Shown here in pieces: positions 1 to 8,776 of a stretch of DNA of 36,745 bases. The notes beneath the pieces were generated by a model. The model ran no database searches and had not been told where the DNA came from. It was given only the letters and a program-made list of their open reading frames with translations. Where the stretch lies: IMG/VR virus record IMGVR_UViG_2585427964_000003. One strand, 5' to 3'. How positions within the stretch are numbered: position 1 is the stretch's first letter; the number at the start of each line of letters is the position of its first letter. Origin of the DNA: a virus. Taxonomy: Duplodnaviria; Heunggongvirae; Uroviricota; Caudoviricetes. Position numbers and translations under genes: made by a program.

Positions 1-219
1 TTACATCCACATAATTTGCTGCCCTGACGGCAACGGGTGCGGCCTCACGGCGTGGACTTCTCCCGGCTTCACGATGTATCGCTGTACCGACTCATAAGTG
101 ATGAACGTGGCGCTGCAATTCACGTTCTGGCACTGGTGATAACGCTCTTTTGTCGTGTCAGTGATATAGCGGCTTGTACGCGCATGTGCGGCATGCTGGC
201 ATAAAGGACAATGAAACAT
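1..219 (-). CDS. ogr: Late transcription activator Ogr (zinc-finger)
   Basis: ORF 1..282 contains MFHCPLCQHAAHARTSRYITDTTKERYHQCQNVNCSATF..., recognised as P2 Ogr (72 aa, C4 zinc finger). Internal ATG at 217-219 gives 72 aa and has an upstream GGAAGAGG Shine-Dalgarno; the longer ORF-track start is probably not used. Confidence 0.9.
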   Translation of the reverse strand: MFHCPLCQHAAHARTSRYITDTTKERYHQCQNVNCSATFITYESVQRYIVKPGEVHAVRPHPLPSGQQIMWM

Positions 220-300
220 CGCGAGCACCTCTTCCGGTTTTGTTGATGGTGCCATTTTAGTTAATTTATCCTTATAAAACAAACAGATAAAATAAAAACA

Positions 301-1464
301 TCACTCATTATCTTCTGTTTCGTACTCCACATCAGAAAGCCTGACCTCAAGCTCCAAGGACGTCGTGAAGCCGCTATTATTCAGAAAATGTGTCACCTTA
401 GTGATTGTCCAGTCCTGCTCGTCTATGACGCGCTTAAAGCCTGACACTTTAACCGGTGTTTCCGTGTAAATATCTGCCCGACCGGTAGCCAGGCTGATGG
501 AGAACTCCGCTACGCCCCGTTGCAGTTTATCCCACTTCGCCTGAGCGGCGCGCATGGCCTGCGCTTTCGTGGCATATACCGTAGTCAGGGCAAAAACGTT
601 ATCAGCCTCACCGGCCATGTATTCACCTTCGCGCGCTTCCGGTACTTTAGGCGCTTTCTTCTGCGTGACTGGTTTCGCTTTCGGGTGCTCCAGTGCGCGC
701 AGGTGTTTCTCTTTCTTTTTGCGTTTCAGTTTTACCTTCTGCTTTTGCGGCTTCGGGTCTTTGGTGTGAAGCCACTTTGCCGTTACGCCGGTATAGGCTC
801 CACGGTCAGCAATCGCAAAATGATGACGGTCGCCGTCGCTGCGGGTGATGGTAATCTGCGGGATTTTTTTACCGCTGGCCGTCACCCCCTGCCCCGCTTT
901 GAGAAACAACAGTTTTCCCATTTTTACCGACACCTCACCGCCGTTGCGTTCAGCAAGGCGGGTCAGGAATTTTGCATCAGACTCCTGCGACTGGTCGATG
1001 TGCGGGATTTTAATTCCGGCCAGTGACGGAGCGACACTGGCTTCCAGCCTGTTACGGGAGGCTATCGCCTCAACAATCGCACCGAGCGTGGTGTCATGCC
1101 AGGAGCCTTCACGGCGGGAATTGAGCGTCCCGCGAAAATCTGCACTCCGGGCGCGGATGGTGACCACATCCGGTGCGCCCCGGTGTTCAACCTCATCAAC
1201 GGTAAATTTCCCTTTGCATACCAGGGCAAAACCTTTCCAGCCGATATACACCGTCAGGACAGCGCCACGAACCGGCAGCCCGACCTGCCCGTCGGCATCG
1301 TTCAGTTCAATATCAAGCTGGTCAGCCTCAAAGCCCCGGTTATCCGTCAGGGTCATGCTCATCAGACGGTCGCTGATATTGCCGGTAATATCCCTGCTGT
1401 CGAGCATCAGCATGTAATCCGGCGTCAGCGTACTGCCTGCATCAAATGTCAGCGCATCCAGCAT
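301..1464 (-). CDS. D: Tail protein gpD (late control gene D)
   Basis: 387-aa ORF, same length as P2 gpD from memory; lies between U and ogr as in P2. Confidence 0.9.
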   Translation of the reverse strand: MLDALTFDAGSTLTPDYMLMLDSRDITGNISDRLMSMTLTDNRGFEADQLDIELNDADGQVGLPVRGAVLTVYIGWKGFALVCKGKFTVDEVEHRGAPDVVTIRARSADFRGTLNSRREGSWHDTTLGAIVEAIASRNRLEASVAPSLAGIKIPHIDQSQESDAKFLTRLAERNGGEVSVKMGKLLFLKAGQGVTASGKKIPQITITRSDGDRHHFAIADRGAYTGVTAKWLHTKDPKPQKQKVKLKRKKKEKHLRALEHPKAKPVTQKKAPKVPEAREGEYMAGEADNVFALTTVYATKAQAMRAAQAKWDKLQRGVAEFSISLATGRADIYTETPVKVSGFKRVIDEQDWTITKVTHFLNNSGFTTSLELEVRLSDVEYETEDNE

Positions 1465-1943
1465 TATCCCGCCCCCGTCATACCCGTGAATTTAGTCGCC
1501 ATACTGCCAGCCTTACCGATGAGCGATTCCGCCTGTTTACCGATATCGCCATAAAGCGCGGCCAGTGATTCATCAACGCGGGTGAGCGACAGCGTAAAAT
1601 CAATTTTTCGGGGTGTGCCATCTGCAAAGAAAATACTCCCTGTTTCACTCACCCTGCTGATGACATACATGCCGTAAATCATGCCGGTGCCATCCAGCAA
1701 CGGCCACGCCCGGCCTTCCTCTGCCATCAGCCTGAGCGTGGTCATCGTCAGCTTCCCGCCGGTCAGTTCGGGATAAAGCACGCCGGCAAGTGTGATGTTT
1801 TCCTCGCCAACACCGAGAAACTGAAAGGCATCCCGTTTACCGATACGGGAATTTGACGGCCAGCGATAATCTGATTCACGCTGCATGGTCTGGTGTGGCA
1901 GCGTCTGGCGCATAAAAACAAACATACCTAACGCGAGCATCAT
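1464..1943 (-). CDS. U: Tail protein gpU
   Basis: 159-aa ORF, size and position match P2 gpU; stop overlaps D start. Confidence 0.9.
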   Translation of the reverse strand: MMLALGMFVFMRQTLPHQTMQRESDYRWPSNSRIGKRDAFQFLGVGEENITLAGVLYPELTGGKLTMTTLRLMAEEGRAWPLLDGTGMIYGMYVISRVSETGSIFFADGTPRKIDFTLSLTRVDESLAALYGDIGKQAESLIGKAGSMATKFTGMTGAG

Positions 1944-1957
1944 TTTTCGTCACCTCC

Positions 1958-4405
1958 TTAACCGTCATGCATCATGCTGGCACGGGCGCGCGCACGTTTA
2001 TCCCGCTCGTATTTTTCGAGCGCATCCTGTAACTGGCGGTCAAGCTGTGTCCCCGGCGCAGTACCACCCGTCAGGCTGATGTGATATTCGTTTTTACTCT
2101 GGTCCACATAAGAGCGGCCAGCCGGTGCCGTAACCGGCTGATAAGCCTGATAGCCTGCATAAGAGCTGGTCGCCGGAATATAACCACCGCTGCCATACGT
2201 GGCGGCTTGAGTTCTGGCGGCGGTCTGGTCAAGTGTGTCTGACTCTTTGTTGATAACACCGAGTTTTTCCAGTACCCAGTCAATTCCGCTGCGCAGTTTG
2301 TTGAACGCATTAAGCGGCAGCATCAGCGCGTCAGCCAGTGCCTGCCCGAACATGACGCCAGTATCACGGCAACGGTTCAGGGTGTCCTGGGTGGCTTTGA
2401 CCGGGGCAATCAGGTTTTTAAACCACTGCCACGCGGCCTGTAACTTTTCGCCCAGCCAGTCAAACACCGGCTTAAGTGGCGTGAACAGTTCCCCCACCGG
2501 CGCAAATGCCGCTTTCAGCCCTTCCATCACACCGCCAAAGAATGCGCTGACAGGCTCCCAGTATTTACGGATAAGCAACGCCCCGGCGACAATGGCGGCC
2601 ACCACGGCCACAACCGGCCAGCTAATCGCCCCGATGGCGGTCATAACAGCACTGCCAACCGTCGTGAAGATTGCCCCCATTGCGCCTGCTGCCGCGATGA
2701 TGGCATTGATGCCGGTGATAACCGGCCAGGCTACAAGACCAATGGCACCGATGATGCCAGTAAGCGCCAGCGCGCCACCGGCAATTAGGCCAATGGTTGA
2801 CGCCAGTGATTTGTTTTTCTGGATCCAGCCGTCGAGTTTTAACACATACTTTGTGGCCGTCTGCGTGAGCTTACGCAGTGCGCCTTCCTGCTGGTCAAAC
2901 AGGTCAGTCCCCACCGCTTCATAAGCGGACTGAAACTCCTTAAAGTCACCGCCGAGGTTGTCCTGCATGATTTTAACCAGCTCTTCCGTTTTACCGTCTG
3001 AGGCTTTCAGTGTGGCGGTCAGCTTATCCAGTTTTCCGCTTGCAGCCGCTGCCAGTAAAACGTTCGCTGATTTCAGGGCTTCCTCACCAAAAATGGTTTT
3101 AAGGTATTCCCCCTTCTGAGACGTTCCCAGCTTGTGTTTATCAAAGCTGGCCTGAATCTCTTTCAGAATGGTGAACAACGGACGCATATTTCCCTTTTTG
3201 TCCGAGGTTTTAACGCCAAGCTCTTTGAGTGCATCCCATGCTTTTCCAGTCGGTGCCTGTAATCGGGTGACAACGGCACTGCCACCCGTACCCGCCATTG
3301 ACCCCCTGATGTTATTGTCATGCAGCACACCTGTCATGGCCGCTGCCTGTTCAAGACTTACACCTGCCGTCCTCGCAACCGGACCGAGGTAAGTCAGTGC
3401 ATCACTGAGTCCCTGAAAATCAGCCGCCGACTTATTCATCGTTGCCGACAACACGTCGCCCACATGGCTGACATCATCATTTGACAGTTGAAAGGATGCC
3501 TTAGTCCCCAGCAACAGTTGCGCGTTTTCTTCCATCGACCGCTGATTCGCCAGTGCCATATTCAGCGTGACCGGCGTTGCCGCCTGAATAGCCGCAGCAT
3601 CTCCACCCGCTTTCGCAATGATAATCTGCGCACCGGCCGCATCATCCGCTGAGGCGGCGGTATTGTCGCCGAGCTGGCGCGCCTGTTTGCGGAGCGCGGC
3701 CATTTCGGCGGAATCTTTTGCCACACCGAGCACGGCCTGCAATTCTGAGTTTTTCTGCGCAAACTCATAACCGGGCATCAGCAGCTTAACTCCGGCCATC
3801 GTTCCCGCCGCCGCAATCCCCACACCGGCAGCGCCCACTGAGGCCATATTTCCGGCAAGTTCTTTTCCTGCCTGATAACGCTGTTTGACTGCGTTAAGTT
3901 TTGCCTGTTGTGCACTGACACGCGCCAGCGCGTCACGCTGCCGGTTAAGCTGTGCGGTGGTTTCACTGATACGGTTTTTCAGCCCCTGCTCATCATGTGC
4001 AAGATTGCGGGTATTAATTCCCACAGCGGCCAGTTCCCGCTGCTGGCGTTTAACGGAATCCGTCAGGCGGTTATATTTCGCCTGTAAGTCCTCCGCCGCA
4101 CGCTTTGCGGATTCCAGCACTTTCGCCTGAGCACGGGTCGGACGTTCAGTGTTTTTAAACTGTGTGGCAAGGGCTTCGGCCTCCTGCCGTGCCTTTTCAA
4201 GTGCATGACCAGTCACGGCGAGCTGTGCGCTGGTCTTGCGAAATCCCTCAATACGGGATGCGTGACCGTTCAGCTCGCGCAGTGATTTTTGTGTTTCCCG
4301 GATATCCCCCGACAGCGACTTGCTCGCTGTGCGGATGGATTTAAACGGGCGGGATGCCTGGTCAACAGCCCTGAGCAATACCTGTAATTTTACATTGTTA
4401 CTCAT
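1958..4405 (-). CDS. T: Tail tape measure protein gpT
   Basis: 815-aa ORF (P2 T is 815 aa); alanine/glycine-rich hydrophobic central segment and coiled-coil-like N-terminus typical of tape measure proteins; sits between E/E' and U. Confidence 0.92.
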   Translation of the reverse strand: MSNNVKLQVLLRAVDQASRPFKSIRTASKSLSGDIRETQKSLRELNGHASRIEGFRKTSAQLAVTGHALEKARQEAEALATQFKNTERPTRAQAKVLESAKRAAEDLQAKYNRLTDSVKRQQRELAAVGINTRNLAHDEQGLKNRISETTAQLNRQRDALARVSAQQAKLNAVKQRYQAGKELAGNMASVGAAGVGIAAAGTMAGVKLLMPGYEFAQKNSELQAVLGVAKDSAEMAALRKQARQLGDNTAASADDAAGAQIIIAKAGGDAAAIQAATPVTLNMALANQRSMEENAQLLLGTKASFQLSNDDVSHVGDVLSATMNKSAADFQGLSDALTYLGPVARTAGVSLEQAAAMTGVLHDNNIRGSMAGTGGSAVVTRLQAPTGKAWDALKELGVKTSDKKGNMRPLFTILKEIQASFDKHKLGTSQKGEYLKTIFGEEALKSANVLLAAAASGKLDKLTATLKASDGKTEELVKIMQDNLGGDFKEFQSAYEAVGTDLFDQQEGALRKLTQTATKYVLKLDGWIQKNKSLASTIGLIAGGALALTGIIGAIGLVAWPVITGINAIIAAAGAMGAIFTTVGSAVMTAIGAISWPVVAVVAAIVAGALLIRKYWEPVSAFFGGVMEGLKAAFAPVGELFTPLKPVFDWLGEKLQAAWQWFKNLIAPVKATQDTLNRCRDTGVMFGQALADALMLPLNAFNKLRSGIDWVLEKLGVINKESDTLDQTAARTQAATYGSGGYIPATSSYAGYQAYQPVTAPAGRSYVDQSKNEYHISLTGGTAPGTQLDRQLQDALEKYERDKRARARASMMHDG

Positions 4406-4825
4406 TCGTGTTTCCGCTTCGCCGGAGCGCCTTTTCGCGCCATGTGATGAGTTCGGTCAGGCTCATGGGATACAGTTCTGATGGCGGCCAGTGAAATATC
4501 ACTGCCACATCCGCCATCAGGTCATCGACCGACAGATTTTTCGGGAACGTCACTGCACCGAGTTCGGCGACAAAAAACCGACCACCTTACCGGCCAGCGC
4601 CACAAGGTCAGGCAGTTCCAGCGCGGCGACTTCCTGCTCGGTCAGCATCGGTGCCGTCATGCGCGGCAGCACCTTAATCAGTGCATCGACTTCTGAGTTT
4701 GCGACCGCAGCCAGACTGACACCGCGCAGCGTCCCCGCACTGGGTTTCATCAGCGTGACCTGTTCGATAACCTGCTCACCACGCCTGACCGGATTGTCCA
4801 GGGTAATCACATTTTCTTTGTTCAT
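4398..4825 (-). CDS. E: Tail assembly chaperone gpE+E' (programmed -1 frameshift product)
   Basis: Manual translation: after a -1 slip at the T6G slippery heptamer (minus strand, plus coordinates 4572-4578) the reading frame stays open to a TAA at 4400-4398, giving 142 aa, the length recalled for P2 E+E'. The stop overlaps the T start region. Confidence 0.75.
4550..4825 (-). CDS. E: Tail assembly chaperone gpE
   Basis: 91-aa ORF MNKENVITLDNPVRRGEQVIEQVTL..., size and position match P2 gpE. Confidence 0.88.
   Translation of the reverse strand: MNKENVITLDNPVRRGEQVIEQVTLMKPSAGTLRGVSLAAVANSEVDALIKVLPRMTAPMLTEQEVAALELPDLVALAGKVVGFLSPNSVQ
4572..4578 (-). other. Slippery heptamer TTTTTTG for the E/E' -1 programmed ribosomal frameshift
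   Basis: Plus strand AAAAAAC at 4572-4578 (CAAAAAAC 4571-4578) is TTTTTTG on the coding strand, in-frame as GGT TTT TTG within gpE, 9 codons before the gpE stop. Confidence 0.75.
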
Positions 4826-4881
4826 GGTTTTCTCACTTCTGAATCGGGGTTAACCGGTCAGCCAGGCTGACCGGATGAAAA

Positions 4882-5400
4882 TTACAGGCCGATATTGCGG
4901 CGGTGTTGCTCCAGCCGGTCGACGCCATTCACCTTCTCAATCATGTTGATGGTGTCGATTTCGACCAGTTCCTTACCGTCCATCGTCAGCCGGAAATAGG
5001 TGCAGACCACGGAGATTTTCGACTCGGTGTCTTCTCCCTGTTTCCCCTCGCCGGTGTCGATTTCTTTCTGACGTCCACGCATGACCACCTCGACGGCCAC
5101 AGTTTCGCCGGTATCGTCGCGCTGGTAAGAGCCTGCAAAACGAATCGGCACAGCATCCACACCGATTGCGGCGTAAAGCTCCCAGATAACCGAATCCGGG
5201 AAGCCCCCGAGCGACCACTCCATTGACAGTGCATCGTCATCAAGGCCGAGGTCTACCGGTGCGCTGCCGTTCATCCCCGCACCGCGATAGTTTTCGAGCT
5301 TACGGGTCAGTTTTGGCAGCGTGACGGACTTTGCAACGCCCTGATAGCTGTAGCCGTTCAGAAAGACGTTCATTAACTTGAGTTTGCGCGGCATTGCCAT
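4882..5400 (-). CDS. FII: Tail tube protein gpFII
   Basis: 172-aa ORF, size and position match P2 FII. Confidence 0.9.
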   Translation of the reverse strand: MAMPRKLKLMNVFLNGYSYQGVAKSVTLPKLTRKLENYRGAGMNGSAPVDLGLDDDALSMEWSLGGFPDSVIWELYAAIGVDAVPIRFAGSYQRDDTGETVAVEVVMRGRQKEIDTGEGKQGEDTESKISVVCTYFRLTMDGKELVEIDTINMIEKVNGVDRLEQHRRNIGL

Positions 5401-5412
5401 CGGTCAGGCTCC

Positions 5413-6603
5413 TTAATTGCTGTTAACCGAGGTGACCAGATTTGCCAGGTATTTATCGGTAATACGCTGGCGCAGGGTCAGGTTTTCGAGAGGAGGCACC
5501 GGGGTATAGTCGTAGTCGATATACAGTTTTCCGGCCTTGAGGGTTTCCGCATCGTTGGATTCTTCGCTGAACCAGCAGGTCGCATCCACGATATAGCCGT
5601 TTGTTTTCAGCTCACGGAATTTGGCATTGATGCCGTCAACGATGTCGCGAATCAGCGTTGCGGTGATGGGCTTGTCCACCGCCCACATGTGCGCCTCAGC
5701 CATCGTGTCGGCCAGCACCTGCGCGGTGCGGGTGTAGTTTTCAAAGAGGAACAGCGGGTCATCGGAGCAGGTACGGTTACCCCAGAAGCGGAAACCGTCG
5801 CGGCGAATCAGCGTTGTGACGCCTGACTCGTTAAGCAGGTCAGCATCGGTGCCGGACTCCTGCAAATCCCAGAATACAGATGCGCTGATGCCGGTAACAC
5901 CGTTCACCCCGACATTGGACAGCGTTTTATGCCAGCCCTGCTCCTGGTCGATTTTAGCGCGCAGACCCAGCGCACGGGCGGTGGCATACGCGGTGGCAGT
6001 GGTACTGGTGACCGTATCCCATGCGAGGAAATCCGGCCAGATGACCATCAGCTCACGCTGGCTGAAATTCTGACGGTAGGCTTTCACCTCGGAAATAGTT
6101 TTACAGCCCCATGCGCTGATATACCCGAAAGCGCGCAGCTTCTGACAGACTGATGCCAGTGCAACAGCCACCTCTTTGGTGTCCAGTCCCGGCACGCCGA
6201 GAATACGCGGTTTAACACCAGTTACCGACTCCGCCGCCAGCAGGGCTTTCAGTCCGGTGTACTGACCGTTTTCGTCGGTGGTGCCGATGATATTGGAAAC
6301 GGTCTGCGCGAGTTTCGTTTCTTCGTCGTCGCCGGTGCCGTCTTCCACACGCACGACAACGGTGACCGGTTTTGACTGGTCGGCGATGGCCTGCAACGAT
6401 GCCGCCAGCGTGCCTTTTTTACCGGCCTTTGCAATTGCGCTCTGCACATTGGTAATCAGCACAGGTTTATTGAGGGGGAAGGTTTCCGCATCCGCATCGC
6501 TGGCCGTGCAAACCATGCCGACAATGGCAGTGGATACAGTGGAAATGACGCGGGTGCCATCGTTAATCTCCAGCACCTGCACGCCATGATGATAGTCACT
6601 CAT
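5413..6603 (-). CDS. FI: Contractile tail sheath protein gpFI
   Basis: 396-aa ORF, size and position match P2 FI. Confidence 0.92.
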   Translation of the reverse strand: MSDYHHGVQVLEINDGTRVISTVSTAIVGMVCTASDADAETFPLNKPVLITNVQSAIAKAGKKGTLAASLQAIADQSKPVTVVVRVEDGTGDDEETKLAQTVSNIIGTTDENGQYTGLKALLAAESVTGVKPRILGVPGLDTKEVAVALASVCQKLRAFGYISAWGCKTISEVKAYRQNFSQRELMVIWPDFLAWDTVTSTTATAYATARALGLRAKIDQEQGWHKTLSNVGVNGVTGISASVFWDLQESGTDADLLNESGVTTLIRRDGFRFWGNRTCSDDPLFLFENYTRTAQVLADTMAEAHMWAVDKPITATLIRDIVDGINAKFRELKTNGYIVDATCWFSEESNDAETLKAGKLYIDYDYTPVPPLENLTLRQRITDKYLANLVTSVNSN

Positions 6604-6780
6604 CCGTTTAACTCCGTGGTTAATGGGTGCAACTATTTTCTGTTGGGCAGTGCATGAGACGCTATTTGACCTGGCTGGTCAGTGGATGAAACAACAGATA
6701 AAGAAAAGGCGGGCAATCAGCTTGCCTGCCTTGATTTGTACTCTCTCTGTTTCCAACTGACAAATTACGTAACCAAAATT

Positions 6781-6796
6781 CTGTCAAATCTGACAG
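6781..6796 (-). terminator. Hairpin CTGTCA-AATC-TGACAG, followed on the minus strand by AATTTTGG; putative terminator of the 6864..7556 cargo gene
   Basis: Perfect 6-bp inverted repeat with 4-nt loop about 70 nt downstream of the minus-strand stop at 6864; short stem and short U tract, so weak. Confidence 0.3.
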
Positions 6797-6863
6797 CCTG
6801 TTTTGAGCGAAGAGCGGACCTGAGATTGTGGTATGCTAATTTATGGGGAGCAGGTCAATTGTA

Positions 6864-7556
6864 TTAGTTATCTTTTTGCTTTTCTTTATCCCATTTCTTT
6901 GCAGTGGTCTGATACCACTCTTCACGTGCTCGTTGTTCCTCGGCTCTGTCACTTGAATTATAGTTGTCTGTTTTAATTTTTTTGCTTCCCTGGGAAATCG
7001 GCCTCCAGTCTTCTCTAATCTTTTTCATCTGCTCAGCTATCTGTGTCATTGGACTCCTTGCACCTAAGTAGCTAACCCCCTCGAAAGAAGCCATATCATA
7101 AGAATACTCATTCCGCTCTCTTTCAGTTGAGCCCGGCTGTTTAGACCAGCTAATACTAACAGAATAAACTTGATCTTTAATCTGGTCATACTTACAAAGA
7201 CTGCTGTTGAGGGAATGGCCGTTTTTCAATACGCTAACCTTGCTAAATGGTATACCTTTATTTTTTCTATGTTCTGCATTAACCAGTGGGGGATTAAATC
7301 CGACTTCAATATCATAGGCTGGGGCATTTCCGGTATTAGCAATATTGATATCAAAATAAAAAGCAGCCCAAGAATTTGGTTCAAGAGTCACAACGACATG
7401 AGGTTGAACTGATGCGTCAACCATCCTTTTTGTCTCGTCTGCTAATAGCCTTGTTACTCTCCACAAGAAAAATGTAGCAACTGCTGTTAGCAATGCTGCC
7501 AAAGCGGAGATAAGTGTACTTACTGTGTTTATATGCTCTGCGATAAATTCGATCAT
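6864..7556 (-). CDS. Hypothetical membrane-anchored protein (cargo in Z/fun-equivalent variable locus)
   Basis: 230-aa ORF with AAGGA Shine-Dalgarno 7 nt upstream of ATG; one N-terminal hydrophobic helix (VSTLISALAALLTAVATFFLW), then a soluble domain and a lysine/glutamate-rich C-terminus. Visibly AT-rich compared with flanking P2 genes. No family recognised by eye. Confidence 0.6.
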   Translation of the reverse strand: MIEFIAEHINTVSTLISALAALLTAVATFFLWRVTRLLADETKRMVDASVQPHVVVTLEPNSWAAFYFDINIANTGNAPAYDIEVGFNPPLVNAEHRKNKGIPFSKVSVLKNGHSLNSSLCKYDQIKDQVYSVSISWSKQPGSTERERNEYSYDMASFEGVSYLGARSPMTQIAEQMKKIREDWRPISQGSKKIKTDNYNSSDRAEEQRAREEWYQTTAKKWDKEKQKDN

Positions 7557-8047
7557 GAGTTGTCCTTGGGGGCGTACTAATTGTTTTCAATACTAAAATA
7601 GCGCCGAGCTTGAAAAATTGCACACTTATAGTTCGATTTACCTCAACAGTTAAGGCTTCAACTTCCCCCATGCACCTCACCCAGCCCAAGACTGTATGAG
7701 GTCTGACAAAGAACTTCCTGACACTTGAAAACGAGGCAACGGCTAGGGTTTCTCGTAGGGCAAGGATTGAATACGAAGCCTGTATATTGCTCCGCGAACA
7801 CTGCTGAGGGCAGTTTAAATGTTGGGCGTTTATGTAGCCTTTCACTCACCAGCATGAGTTCAATGTCTGTGAGTTACCGACAACAATATAAAGGGGGTGG
7901 CATCATCATATATCCAAGCTAGAGTCAAATCCTCTAACTGGTTTTATGATCAGTGTCAATTGTTTGATTATTAAACGTTTACGAAGCAGCACGGGAGCCA
8001 TATAACTAATGGGCAGGTATAAGCCTGTATCACGAGGAATCAGTAAA

Positions 8048-8227
8048 ATGGCTGATGATAAGACCAAAATCGGTACCCCTGACAATGATTTAATAAGTAT
8101 CAAACAGGATTACGAGAGACGTGATTGGGCTGAAAAGTTTGGAGTTAGCGAGGCCAAACTTGTTCAAGCCGTACAGGCTGTAGGTCATTCGGCTAAGAAA
8201 GTACAGGCATGGCTTAAAGACCATTAA
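8048..8227 (+). CDS. Small DUF3606-like protein
   Basis: MADDKTKIGTPDNDLISIKQDYERRDWAEKFGVSEAKLVQAVQAVGHSAKKVQAWLKDH; the pattern (basic N-term, Y-E-x-x-W-x-x-KFGVS, AVxxVGxSA) matches my recollection of DUF3606 proteins. ATG at 8048 has an AGGAA Shine-Dalgarno; the ORF-track start at 8009 is probably upstream of the real start. Confidence 0.55.
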   Translation: MADDKTKIGTPDNDLISIKQDYERRDWAEKFGVSEAKLVQAVQAVGHSAKKVQAWLKDH

Positions 8228-8233
8228 TATATG

Positions 8234-8259
8234 AGCGCCTTTCTAGGCGCTTTTTTCTT
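8234..8259 (+). terminator. Rho-independent terminator after the DUF3606-like gene
   Basis: AGCGCCT-TTCT-AGGCGCT stem-loop (7-bp stem) immediately followed by TTTTTTCTT, 7 nt after the stop codon. Confidence 0.6.
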
Positions 8260-8332
8260 TGTCCTTTGGGAGATGATTTATGGCTAATAATGTATTACTT
8301 ACGACCTCATTAAAACGAAAGATTATGCGGCT

Positions 8333-8554
8333 GTGTATGATGCAATTAAATCTTTAGGAAATTGGGCTTTAACAACTGAATCGAACTGGTATGTTAACTG
8401 TAGTTACTCTGCCGAGGATGCAGCCAAAATTGTGAGGGCGGTCATGGATAGTGATGATAAGCTTATTGTTGTAGACGCAACCAATAACTCAGCTTATTGG
8501 TACAATCTCTCAGATGAAGTTAGTAACCAAATTCTGACTGAGTGGAACAAGTAA
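8333..8554 (+). CDS. Hypothetical small protein (GTG start in ORF track; possibly frameshifted)
   Basis: 73-aa ORF beginning with GTG and no Shine-Dalgarno. A 25-codon ORF with a strong GGGAGA Shine-Dalgarno starts at ATG 8280 in another frame and overlaps it. AT-rich. Confidence 0.35.
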   Translation: MYDAIKSLGNWALTTESNWYVNCSYSAEDAAKIVRAVMDSDDKLIVVDATNNSAYWYNLSDEVSNQILTEWNK

Positions 8555-8583
8555 TTAAAGGGGGTGGGTACCCCCCCCTTTAA
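8555..8583. terminator. GC-rich hairpin (AAAGGGGG-loop-CCCCCTTT), likely bidirectional terminator
   Basis: Begins 1 nt after the stop at 8554; lies between the plus-strand cargo genes and the converging minus-strand G gene. Confidence 0.5.
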
Positions 8584-8776
8584 TTCAGAAACTATCATGA
8601 TTGAAACATTAAATATACTGGGTTAATTCTTTCATCCTTGCTCCCTTGCTATATGTCCTGAAAGCGTCCTTTTTAGCCTTCTGCTCAGTATGTCCGGTAA
8701 TGGCACAGAGCGGACTGTCAGATTAGGCTTTACTCTGTGCCATAGATATGTAAGCTCCCACCAGAGCTCATACAAC

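Noticed and set aside
1-282. Longer 93-aa version of the ogr ORF starting at 282
   Set aside because: P2 Ogr is 72 aa and begins MFHCP; the internal ATG at 219 has a good Shine-Dalgarno, and the upstream extension would run into the D-ogr intergenic region.
520-1554. Plus-strand ORFs (520..1026, 554..769, 845..1417, 1096..1554) antisense to gene D
   Set aside because: All lie entirely within the well-supported gpD coding region on the opposite strand, with low-complexity translations typical of antisense frames of GC-rich genes.
2235-2924. 229-aa plus-strand ORF inside the tape measure gene
   Set aside because: Antisense to gpT; Ala/Ser/Pro-rich translation typical of a GC-rich antisense frame; no ribosome-binding site examined supports it.
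7557-8047. Retron-type ncRNA (msr/msd) in the hotspot non-coding stretch
   Set aside because: No reverse transcriptase gene anywhere in the window and no convincing a1/a2 inverted repeats.
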